NCBI GenBank assembly: GCA_963842525.1
Contig: CAWJGT010000009.1
Coordinates: forward strand, 736,001-800,000
Direction: 5' to 3'
DNA from: an uncultured Holophagales bacterium
GTDB taxonomy: Bacteria; Acidobacteriota; Thermoanaerobaculia; Multivoradales; UBA5704
Length of the DNA: 64,000 nt
The position numbers and the translations under genes were made by a program. Position 1 is the stretch's first letter; the number at the start of each line of letters is the position of its first letter. This document shows, piece by piece, positions 40,909-48,947 of this stretch. The notes under the pieces were generated by a model. The model saw only the letters and a list, made by a program, of their open reading frames with translations, had not been told where the DNA came from and made no database searches.

Positions 40909-42744
40909 TCAGCCGGCCGAAACGCGCGCCTGCGCGGCCGGTCTGCGGCGGTCCACGTGCTCGCGGCGCGCGGCGGCGGCTTCCCGGCAACGTCTCCAGC
41001 CATCGACCAGGTCGCGCACGCTCAGCGATTCGGCCATGATCGGGTGCGGCGTCTCCCACTCTTGCATGTTCACCGGTGTCAGGTTGAGGTGGGCGTTCAT
41101 CGCCTGCGGCGACCACAGGGCCCGCACGTTGGCGCCGCCGGTCGTCCACAAGCAGGGGTCGGCGACCGTATAGACGATCAGGGTCTGGCGGCCGAGAGCG
41201 GAGGAGAGGTGGGCCAGGCCGGTGTCGGTCGAGACGACGGTGGCGGCGGTGGAGAGGATGGCGACCATGCCGGGCAGGTCTTCGTGGATCGGCTCGATAC
41301 GCGCGCGTACGTCGTCCGGCAGCCGCGCGATCTCAGGGGCGAAGGAACCCTCCCGATTCGTGTCGCAACTGAAAACGATCCGTTGCGCTTGGCGGGATTC
41401 CCGCTCCGCCGCGGCGCACTCGCGGGCGATCTCGCAGAGGAAGCGCGAGAGCAGGTCCGGAGCGAAAGCCTTGCTGCTCTTCGAGGCCGACTCGATCACG
41501 CAGTGGTAGACCGTGCCGTCGAGCTTGTAGCGGTGGAGCAGCAGCTCGCGGCGGCGCTCGACCGCTGTGCCCAGGGGAAGGCTCATGCAGACCTCGGCGG
41601 GGCGGTCGGTGAGCTTGCAGCCGAGGAGGATCTCGATCAAGCGGTGCAGCTTGGCGGGATAGGAGGTGATATGGCGGCGCGGCGGAACGACCGACTGCCA
41701 GGGCACGATGTCGCGCGAATAGCGGTCGATCAGGAGGTCGACGACCGCGAGCGCCCGTCCGCGGTCTTGCGCCGCTGCCAGAAGCTCCGTCGACACCGCC
41801 GGTGCGGAGCTGACGAGGACGACCGTCCGTTCGTTGTGCCGGCGCAGGTCCTCCGCATAGACCGCGGCCTCCGCCGGGTCCCGCGGCCCGCAGAGGCTGC
41901 GCACGGTGGCGAACGGGTGGCGTTCGGCGATCCCCGCCAGGACCGCCGCGTAAGGGCTGATGATGGTCACCGGACGACGCAGGTGCGGGTGCAGGTCGAA
42001 AAGCTTGCCAAGAGCATCGATGGCGCTCATGCCGAGCAGCGCGTCGCCGAGGGCGTGCGAGGTATAGAACAGGATGCGCTCCGCCTCCACGAACGCCGGC
42101 CGCAGCGAGGCCGCCGCGTCCACGTCGTCGCCGACGCCGGCACAGTCCATCATCAGATTGGCACGGTCGAGGAAGGCCTGGGTGAGCTCGCCGTGCGCCA
42201 GCGCAGGCCGGCGGCCACGGCGGACATCGAGGGCGGCGCACACGGCGCCGAGCTCGATCCGGCCGCGCGGCGAAAGCGTGCCGTGGGTCAGCATGCGGCG
42301 CGCGCGCAAGGCGTCTCCCAGGTCGTCGCCGCCGAGGAAAAGGCGAGCCTCGTGGTTCGACCCGTCGAGCGACAGCGCCTCCTCGAAGAGGGAGCGCGCC
42401 TTCTCGTAGTCGCCGAAGCGCGCCGTCACCTGGCCCAGGAACGACAAGGTCCAGGTGTCGCCGGGGCGTTCCTCGTGCAGGCGCTCGAGCAGGTCCCGGG
42501 ACTCATCCGGCCGGCCGCGCCAGAAGAGGATGCGGGCCAATTCCAGACGGGCGACGTGGGCGTCGTCTTCCGCGAGCCCGGGGAGCCGGGCGGCGAGCAG
42601 GCGCTCGGCACCCGCCAGATCGCCGTTGTTGACCAGCTCGTCCTGCGCCCGGCTCAGCAGAATCGACCCTGCCCGTCCGCGTTGGCGGGCGAACGCTTCG
42701 GCACGCTGCCAGGCGTCGTCGCGCACCACGTTTCCCGCGCTCAC
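40909..42744 (-). CDS. TPR + GT9 (heptosyltransferase-like) glycosyltransferase
   Basis: N-terminal TPRs; HALGDALL, VVSTDTGLAHLSSALG...VY. Confidence 0.8.
   Translation of the reverse strand: MSAGNVVRDDAWQRAEAFARQRGRAGSILLSRAQDELVNNGDLAGAERLLAARLPGLAEDDAHVARLELARILFWRGRPDESRDLLERLHEERPGDTWTLSFLGQVTARFGDYEKARSLFEEALSLDGSNHEARLFLGGDDLGDALRARRMLTHGTLSPRGRIELGAVCAALDVRRGRRPALAHGELTQAFLDRANLMMDCAGVGDDVDAAASLRPAFVEAERILFYTSHALGDALLGMSAIDALGKLFDLHPHLRRPVTIISPYAAVLAGIAERHPFATVRSLCGPRDPAEAAVYAEDLRRHNERTVVLVSSAPAVSTELLAAAQDRGRALAVVDLLIDRYSRDIVPWQSVVPPRRHITSYPAKLHRLIEILLGCKLTDRPAEVCMSLPLGTAVERRRELLLHRYKLDGTVYHCVIESASKSSKAFAPDLLSRFLCEIARECAAAERESRQAQRIVFSCDTNREGSFAPEIARLPDDVRARIEPIHEDLPGMVAILSTAATVVSTDTGLAHLSSALGRQTLIVYTVADPCLWTTGGANVRALWSPQAMNAHLNLTPVNMQEWETPHPIMAESLSVRDLVDGWRRCREAAAARREHVDRRRPAAQARVSAG
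42697..42743. repeat. 47-bp direct repeat, copy A (start of the TPR-GT9 gene)
   Basis: 44/47 identical to 44549-44595. Confidence 0.9.
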
Positions 42745-42751
42745 GTTGGTC

Positions 42752-44497
42752 TCATCGGCTGAGCCCTGATTCTGAGCTCTGGCAGTCCTGACGCCAGACG
42801 GCGGGCAGGCGCTGGAGGATCTCTTCCTTCGACAAGCGACGGGGCTTCACCGCCTGGAGCATCAGCTCGCGCTGCATCAACTGATCGCCGACCAGGATGC
42901 CGTTGGCGTAGAATGTCGCTTCCCCGGCGGCCGCCTCCTCCTCGGTTCCGACGCGCAGGTTGTGCACCGGCACCGCCTTCGGGCTCGGCTGGCGGCCGAC
43001 TTCGACGAGAGCCGCCTCTCCGCTCTCTGTGAGCACGACATCGCCCTGCTTGAGCTGGCTTGCCATGACCGGCCCCCGGGAGGTGACCACCGGGTGCGCC
43101 TCGGTCAGCAGCAAGGTGTGCCCCCGGTCGTCACGGATGCGCACCAGGGGGTGTTCCTCGGAGCCCCAGGTCTTCCCTGTGACCGCGCGCACGTCCGCCT
43201 TGCCCTGTGACCGCACTTTCTCGTCGCCGTAGGCCTGGAACGTCTCGATGGCCCTCTCCGAGCCATCTGCCATGCGGACTTTCACGCCCGCGGGCAGACA
43301 GCCCTGCAGAACGTCGATCTTCGGCACGATCACCGTGTTCGACGTCGCAACCTTCGGCTTCCTGCTGGTGAACGTCGCGCCGATATGGCCGCCCGCCGTC
43401 TGCAGGAACAGTTGGAAGGTGTAGTCGAACAACATGCCGTTCGGCCTCAGGCAGTCCTTGTTCGGAAAGCTGGCGGGATTGAGATTCCAAGTCACGATAC
43501 CCTTGTCCACCTTGATGGCCGAAAGGTCGGTCGTCGCAGTCAGCATGCATCCGCCGCCGGCTGCGTCGGTCAAGGTGATGTCCAGAGACCCCGTCAGAGG
43601 GCTCGTCGGAGCCTTGGCCGGGGTGAAGTTGCCGGCGATGGGAAAGATGATGTTTGGCGGATTGCCGCTGCCCGTGCACCCATAATCGCAGTCGCTGTTG
43701 ACGCGCGGCCCATAGCAGATCTTGATGTTCCCCCGTGTCGGATCGACGCAGGCCGTGGCGGCGTTGGTGTTGCACTGCTGGGTTCCGCCTCCACCGGCGG
43801 GCTTGTAGTTCGGCGAGAGCTGGCAGGCGGCCCTCACGGGCTTCAAATCTGTAAGCAGGATGACGTAGGGCTCTACAAGGTCGTGCTTCTTCTGTTTGAT
43901 CAGGAAGAGCGCGTTGGCTTCGATGTCGCTCTCCGAAACCGGTCTCCCCGCAACCGCGACCTCCAGGTTCGTTTGCGCGCACAAGCTGCCTTCCTTGGAG
44001 CCGATATTGGTGTTTTCCTCGAGGTCGATGAGGGTCAGGATGATCCTCGTGTAATCAGGGACCTGATCGCTCGGGTAGGTCGAGAAGGCGCTGGTGTAGA
44101 AGTCTCCGTCTTCCAGCTGGCCGAACTCGGTGATGTAGTTCACGCCTTCGAGCGTAAGTCCTGCCTTGACGAGGCGCGGCTTGCCCGTTTTGCCGGTTGT
44201 GCGTGCCTTCTCCAGGAGCTTGAATAGATGGGGAGACCTCTCGGCGGAGACGCCGGCCCGGCGGAGTGTGTCGATCACGAAAGCGTACTGCCGCGGGTCG
44301 GCCAGGTTCAGCTTGTAAGGCAGACCGATCGCAACGTTCTGGCGGAGATAGCGGAGATTGGTGACCTCTTTCGCGGAAAGCTTCGTTCCTGTCGGCGCCC
44401 CTCCAGAGCTTTCGGCGCCGAGCAGGGACGAGGCGAGGAATAGCCCGAGCAGAAACATCAAGACGAACGCCGAGTGAAGGGCTTGAGGTTTTCTCAT
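42752..44497 (-). CDS. Secreted Cys-rich protein with C-terminal Hint domain
   Basis: Signal peptide; G|CLPAGVKVRMADG, LTEAHP, VHNL, FYANGILVGD. Confidence 0.88.
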   Translation of the reverse strand: MRKPQALHSAFVLMFLLGLFLASSLLGAESSGGAPTGTKLSAKEVTNLRYLRQNVAIGLPYKLNLADPRQYAFVIDTLRRAGVSAERSPHLFKLLEKARTTGKTGKPRLVKAGLTLEGVNYITEFGQLEDGDFYTSAFSTYPSDQVPDYTRIILTLIDLEENTNIGSKEGSLCAQTNLEVAVAGRPVSESDIEANALFLIKQKKHDLVEPYVILLTDLKPVRAACQLSPNYKPAGGGGTQQCNTNAATACVDPTRGNIKICYGPRVNSDCDYGCTGSGNPPNIIFPIAGNFTPAKAPTSPLTGSLDITLTDAAGGGCMLTATTDLSAIKVDKGIVTWNLNPASFPNKDCLRPNGMLFDYTFQLFLQTAGGHIGATFTSRKPKVATSNTVIVPKIDVLQGCLPAGVKVRMADGSERAIETFQAYGDEKVRSQGKADVRAVTGKTWGSEEHPLVRIRDDRGHTLLLTEAHPVVTSRGPVMASQLKQGDVVLTESGEAALVEVGRQPSPKAVPVHNLRVGTEEEAAAGEATFYANGILVGDQLMQRELMLQAVKPRRLSKEEILQRLPAVWRQDCQSSESGLSR

Positions 44498-44548
44498 GGC
44501 TCCTCTCCGTGAAATGAAAACCGCAGCTCATCAACCGAGCGGCGGAGG

Positions 44549-44595
44549 TTCGGCACGCTGCCAGGCGTCGTCGCGCACTGCGTTCCCCGCGCTCA
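44549..44595. repeat. 47-bp direct repeat, copy B
   Basis: Matches 42697-42743; overlaps the lectin stop codon. Confidence 0.9.
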
Positions 44596-44982
44596 AGCCG
44601 CGACGGTGATCCTCACCGTGAGCGATCCCTCGTTATCGGTGAAGCCGGCGCCGTAGATGCCGTTCATGTCGTCGTTGATGCTGAGGTGGAGAGGTCCGAT
44701 CAGGCCGTCCGGCACGAAGCCGATGGGGCCGACGGGGAACACCACGGGCGAGCCTCCTGCGACGACGACCTGGCCCACGAGCAGCCCTTCGACCTGCCCC
44801 TCCAGGTTGTATCCCTCCTTGGCGATGAGCCCAGCGTGGCCGTCCGGACCGACCAGGCCGTTGGCCGGGTTGGCGCTCCACTCGCCGTTCGCTGCGATCC
44901 TCACCGTAGCGGTTCCGTCCAACGTCAGCCCGGTGTCCATCCAGAGAGTGGTGGCGTCGACTGTCACGTTGAAGTCTGGCAT
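44593..44982 (-). CDS. LecA/PA-IL-like lectin
   Basis: WMDTG, IAANGEW, GLLVGQV, INDD...FTDNEGSLTV (cf. PA-IL NDVPGTYGNNSGSFSV). Confidence 0.75.
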   Translation of the reverse strand: MPDFNVTVDATTLWMDTGLTLDGTATVRIAANGEWSANPANGLVGPDGHAGLIAKEGYNLEGQVEGLLVGQVVVAGGSPVVFPVGPIGFVPDGLIGPLHLSINDDMNGIYGAGFTDNEGSLTVRITVAA

Positions 44983-45015
44983 GGCTCGAACCTTCCTTTC
45001 TCGCGATGTGCCGCT

Positions 45016-47277
45016 CTATTGTCTTCGTCCCGGCGGCGGCGAGCGCCGGAGAGGATCCAGGCCGCTCTTGAGCTGCGTGCCGGTTAGAGCCCTCCGGGCG
45101 ACCGGCGCCTGCTGAGCGACTGACGACACGGCCAGCGCAAAAGGCTGCCTCGAGCCCGGCGCAAGCGTGGCCGCCGTGACGGTGATCGTACATGCGCCCG
45201 CGGGCGTCTGCGCCAGGATCAGCTTTTCGAACGAATTCGCCGTGTCGGCAGGCCCATTGGCGGCCGTCTGGCCGTTCTGCATGCTGGGCACTCCTCCGTG
45301 GTAGACGGTGGTTCCGTCCGCCAGCGTCAGCGTGAGGTCGAGGTCGTTGACCAGCGCTCCCGCCAAACCGGCGTCCGGCGGGTCGTACCAGGTCAGTGTG
45401 ATTGCCAACTGCGTGGCGGCCGAGAACGTCAAGTTGGGGAAGACCACCGACTGTCCCTGTTGGGTGAACACGAAGGCTGCGCCGGGCTCGGTCAGAGAGT
45501 CGAAATACATGATCTGACCGGCGCCGAAACCATCGATCGACTGCCGCAGGTTGATTTCGCCCCAGCCCTGCATGTTGTCGGGCACGTAGTTGTAAAGCGG
45601 CGAAGTGCCGTTGACGAGCAGGGCCTTGACCAGCATCCCCGTCGCGTTGGGCAGGTTCGTCTGGGTGGCGAGGAACTCGCGGAGCAGCACCGCCGAGCCG
45701 GACACCAGCGGCGTCGAGAAGGACGTTCCGGAGGCATAGGCAAAGCCGGGCTGGTTCAGGTACGGCTGGTTGGACGGGCCCGCCCCGGTCGCCGGACAGG
45801 TCGCCGCCATGGACTGGGGACAGCGCATCGCGACCATGGCTCCGGGAGCGCAGACGTCCGGCTTGAGGCGGCCGCCCACCACCGGACCCTGCGAGCTGCT
45901 GTTGGCCATCGCGTTGATCGCCGTGGCCGTGGGATAGGTGAAGGGAGGCCCGGCCGCGCCCGTCGGAGGGGTGCCGTTGCCCGCATTGCCGACCACGAGC
46001 GAATCCTTGGAGCAGCTCAGGGTGCCGATCGAGCCGGCTCCCTGGGCGCCGTAGTTGCCGGCGGAGGTCACTACCAGCATGGTCGGGTTCGTCCCGACGA
46101 ACGTGTCGATGGCGGAGGACCCTTGCAGCGAGTACGTGTTGAGCACAGGAGCGAGAACGGGAAAGGTGCCGGTGGCGGGCACCCAACTGTTGTTGTGCAC
46201 CCGCGCATTCGCGGCGAAGGCGTTGGTCAGAGCGCGATCGATGTTCAGATAGCCTGGTTGCAGCCCGTTCGAATCGGCGTTGAAGGGCCGCATGATGGCG
46301 GTCGCCATAAAGGCTACACCGGTGAGGAGTCCGCCGGCAGAGGTCGCGCCGTTGCCCACGGCCACGTCGGTGACGAAGGTGCCGTGCGACGAGGGGTCGC
46401 CCTTATAGTTGAGGCCGGCCCAGCTTTGCGGGATGGTCGGGGCAGGATTGGTCCAGTTTGCGATGTCGCCGTTGACGCGCCCCTGGAAGTCCGCGAGAAG
46501 GGTTGCGGGATTCCCGGTGTCGAGCCCGGTGTCGTAAATGCCGAGCACCTGGCCGGTTCCGTCGAGGTTGTCGATGTTCGCCCAGGGCGGCGCGGCATTT
46601 GCGCGCACGCCGATCCTCACCGGCGCGATGTCGAGCTCTGGTTGCGGGGTCATGGCCGGCTCGACGTTCCATACGTCCGGCAGCGCCGCGAGCCCGGCCA
46701 GCGCCCTGGTTGGGACCGACACCACCAGCGCTTCCTTGCCGAGGGCGGTCGAGACGACGCGCGCGCTGCCGCCGAGCTTCACGATCTCCTCGGCGGTCGC
46801 CGCCGCTTTTTCAAACACGGTCACGACGACGTCCACCTTGCTCGTCGCGTCCGGGTTCTCGGCGCTCGCCCGCAGCGATGGATCGATCTTGTAGCCCGGA
46901 TGGAAGGCGTCGGCGAAGCGCACGCCCCGGAGCGCCCGGAGCTTCGCCAGGCTCAAATCGCCGACGAGAAGCCCGTGCCGGGCGATGGGGCCATGAATGC
47001 GTCCGCCGGCAGCCCGGATGGCGTCGTAGACCGCGCGTCCTTTCCCGGTCTCGTACTGGACGATCGCAACTCCCGGGTCGCCCTTGGCCAGCAGAGCCGG
47101 CGCCAGCTTCGGCGGCGCAGAGAGCGGATCGAAGGCGAAGTCACGCACGTAGAGCTTCGCGGCATTCGCGGCATCGGGTGAGGGCGGAGGCGGCGCGATC
47201 TGCGCGGCGAGAGCCCAGACCGGCAGGATCCATAGAGCGACGAGCGCGAAGAAGCGGCGTCGAGCGGACGATCTCAT
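45016..47277 (-). CDS. Secreted S8 subtilisin-family protease (KP-43-like)
   Basis: Signal peptide and prodomain; IYDTG, SHGT, SAGN, GTSFSTP; C-terminal LVNDLDL. Confidence 0.92.
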   Translation of the reverse strand: MRSSARRRFFALVALWILPVWALAAQIAPPPPSPDAANAAKLYVRDFAFDPLSAPPKLAPALLAKGDPGVAIVQYETGKGRAVYDAIRAAGGRIHGPIARHGLLVGDLSLAKLRALRGVRFADAFHPGYKIDPSLRASAENPDATSKVDVVVTVFEKAAATAEEIVKLGGSARVVSTALGKEALVVSVPTRALAGLAALPDVWNVEPAMTPQPELDIAPVRIGVRANAAPPWANIDNLDGTGQVLGIYDTGLDTGNPATLLADFQGRVNGDIANWTNPAPTIPQSWAGLNYKGDPSSHGTFVTDVAVGNGATSAGGLLTGVAFMATAIMRPFNADSNGLQPGYLNIDRALTNAFAANARVHNNSWVPATGTFPVLAPVLNTYSLQGSSAIDTFVGTNPTMLVVTSAGNYGAQGAGSIGTLSCSKDSLVVGNAGNGTPPTGAAGPPFTYPTATAINAMANSSSQGPVVGGRLKPDVCAPGAMVAMRCPQSMAATCPATGAGPSNQPYLNQPGFAYASGTSFSTPLVSGSAVLLREFLATQTNLPNATGMLVKALLVNGTSPLYNYVPDNMQGWGEINLRQSIDGFGAGQIMYFDSLTEPGAAFVFTQQGQSVVFPNLTFSAATQLAITLTWYDPPDAGLAGALVNDLDLTLTLADGTTVYHGGVPSMQNGQTAANGPADTANSFEKLILAQTPAGACTITVTAATLAPGSRQPFALAVSSVAQQAPVARRALTGTQLKSGLDPLRRSPPPGRRQ

Positions 47278-47377
47278 CGGCTGAGCCCTCCAGCGAAGAA
47301 GAGGACATGATACTATCAGACTTGCACGAAGCCTGTCGAAGCTTAGATTCATTGCTCTGTAAGCATTGGAGATTCGG

Positions 47378-48901
47378 GTGAACCCGGAGGAGATCGCACG
47401 CTACCAGGGCCTGGCGCGCGAGGTGATCGCGAATCCTCCGCCCTATCCGAAGGAGCGCTATACCGGACGCGGCGTGGTGGTCTGCGGCGGCGGCGCCAGG
47501 TACTTCACCTGTGCCTACGTCTGTCTCAGCATGCTGCGCCAGACCGGCTGCCGGCTACCGGTCGAGCTGTGGCATCTCGGCCCGCTGGAGATGAACGACG
47601 ACATGCGCGCGCTGGTCGCGCCGCTCGACGTCACCTGCGTGGACGCGAGCGAAATGCGCAAGGAGCAGCCGGTCCTGCGGCTCCATGGCTGGGAGCTCAA
47701 GCCGTACTCGATCCTCCATTCACGGTTCGAGGAGGTGCTGTTTCTCGACGCGGACAACGTGCCTCTGGTGAACCCGGAGGTCTTCTTCACGTGTGCGGAG
47801 TACGAGCGCACCGGGGCGCTCTTCTGGCCGGATTTCAGCCCGCTCGACAGGAAGAACCCGATCTGGGAGCTGGCGGAGGTGGAGTACCGCTATGAGCCGT
47901 CCTTCGAAAGCGGCCAGCTCGTCGTCGACAAGCGGCGCTGCTGGGCGGAGCTGCAGCTCACGATGCACTACAACGAGCACTCGGACTGCTATTACCGGCA
48001 CACGGGGGGAGACAAGGACACGTTCCACATCGCGTGGCGGCGGCTGGGCCGGCCCTATGCGATGATCCCGCATCACGTTCAGGCGCGCGGCGGCGTGGTG
48101 ATGTGCCAGCACGATTTCACCGGTGAGGTGGTCTTCCAGCACCGCAACAATGCGAAATGGACGCTCGATCTCGACGCCAATCCGCGGGTGGCAGGGTTCC
48201 GCCACGAAGGGCGCTGTCTCGAGATCCTGCGCGAGCTCGCCGCGCGCTGGAACGGCGATCCGGCCCGGCTGCGTCCGGATTCGCCACAAGCGCGCCGGCT
48301 GCACGACGAAATCGAAGCGACGGAGAAGTACGTCTATGACCGGGTCGGCCACGACCGCCGGGTGATCCGCCTGCACACCGACCAGAGCATCTCCGGTGCG
48401 GGCAGCCTGGAGACGTCCTGGTTCGTGATGACCCGCGAAGACGGCGAGCCCGTCCTGTGCATTGCCGGCTCGCAGGGGATCACCTGCCTCCTTGCGCCGC
48501 GCGGCGACGGGGCCCTGACCGGCCGCTGGGAGCTCTTCGAGCGCATGCCGATCGACCTCCTTCCTCTGTCTCTGGTCCCGGCGGAGGATCTGCTGCAGAT
48601 CGAGCGCGACGCCCGCCACACGGCCCTGTGCGGGCTGGCGGCCCTGGTGGTCCACGTGCGGCGCGAGCGGAGGCTGGTCCGCTTCGAGCCGGGCGGAGGC
48701 CTTTCGAGCCAGGACGGCTCCCCGGACGGCTGGCGCTGGGGCCTTCGCTGCCGAGCCGGCGAGCTGGCGCTCGAGCTCACCGAGGCGGACGGCAGCCGGC
48801 GCCTCCTGTTCGAGGAGCCCGACGGCGTCTTCCGCGGTGAGGCGTGCTCCGGGCGCGACCGGGTGGAAGTCATTCCGCTGCCGGGACTGAAGCTCCCTTG
48901 A
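47378..48901 (+). CDS. GT71/Mnn2-like glycosyltransferase with two C-terminal repeat domains
   Basis: RGVVVCGG, LPVELWH, LKPYSILHSRFEEVLFLDADN, LFWPD, ESGQLVVDK, GDKDTF. Confidence 0.85.
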   Translation: MNPEEIARYQGLAREVIANPPPYPKERYTGRGVVVCGGGARYFTCAYVCLSMLRQTGCRLPVELWHLGPLEMNDDMRALVAPLDVTCVDASEMRKEQPVLRLHGWELKPYSILHSRFEEVLFLDADNVPLVNPEVFFTCAEYERTGALFWPDFSPLDRKNPIWELAEVEYRYEPSFESGQLVVDKRRCWAELQLTMHYNEHSDCYYRHTGGDKDTFHIAWRRLGRPYAMIPHHVQARGGVVMCQHDFTGEVVFQHRNNAKWTLDLDANPRVAGFRHEGRCLEILRELAARWNGDPARLRPDSPQARRLHDEIEATEKYVYDRVGHDRRVIRLHTDQSISGAGSLETSWFVMTREDGEPVLCIAGSQGITCLLAPRGDGALTGRWELFERMPIDLLPLSLVPAEDLLQIERDARHTALCGLAALVVHVRRERRLVRFEPGGGLSSQDGSPDGWRWGLRCRAGELALELTEADGSRRLLFEEPDGVFRGEACSGRDRVEVIPLPGLKLP

Positions 48902-48947
48902 GCTCCTTCTCCAGTGCTTCGACCGCGAGATCGCGCCGCTTCTGGGG

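Noticed and set aside
42880-43300. Hint domain as a true splicing intein or polymorphic-toxin pretoxin Hint
   Set aside because: No terminal His-Asn plus nucleophile, no endonuclease, no downstream toxin domain or immunity gene
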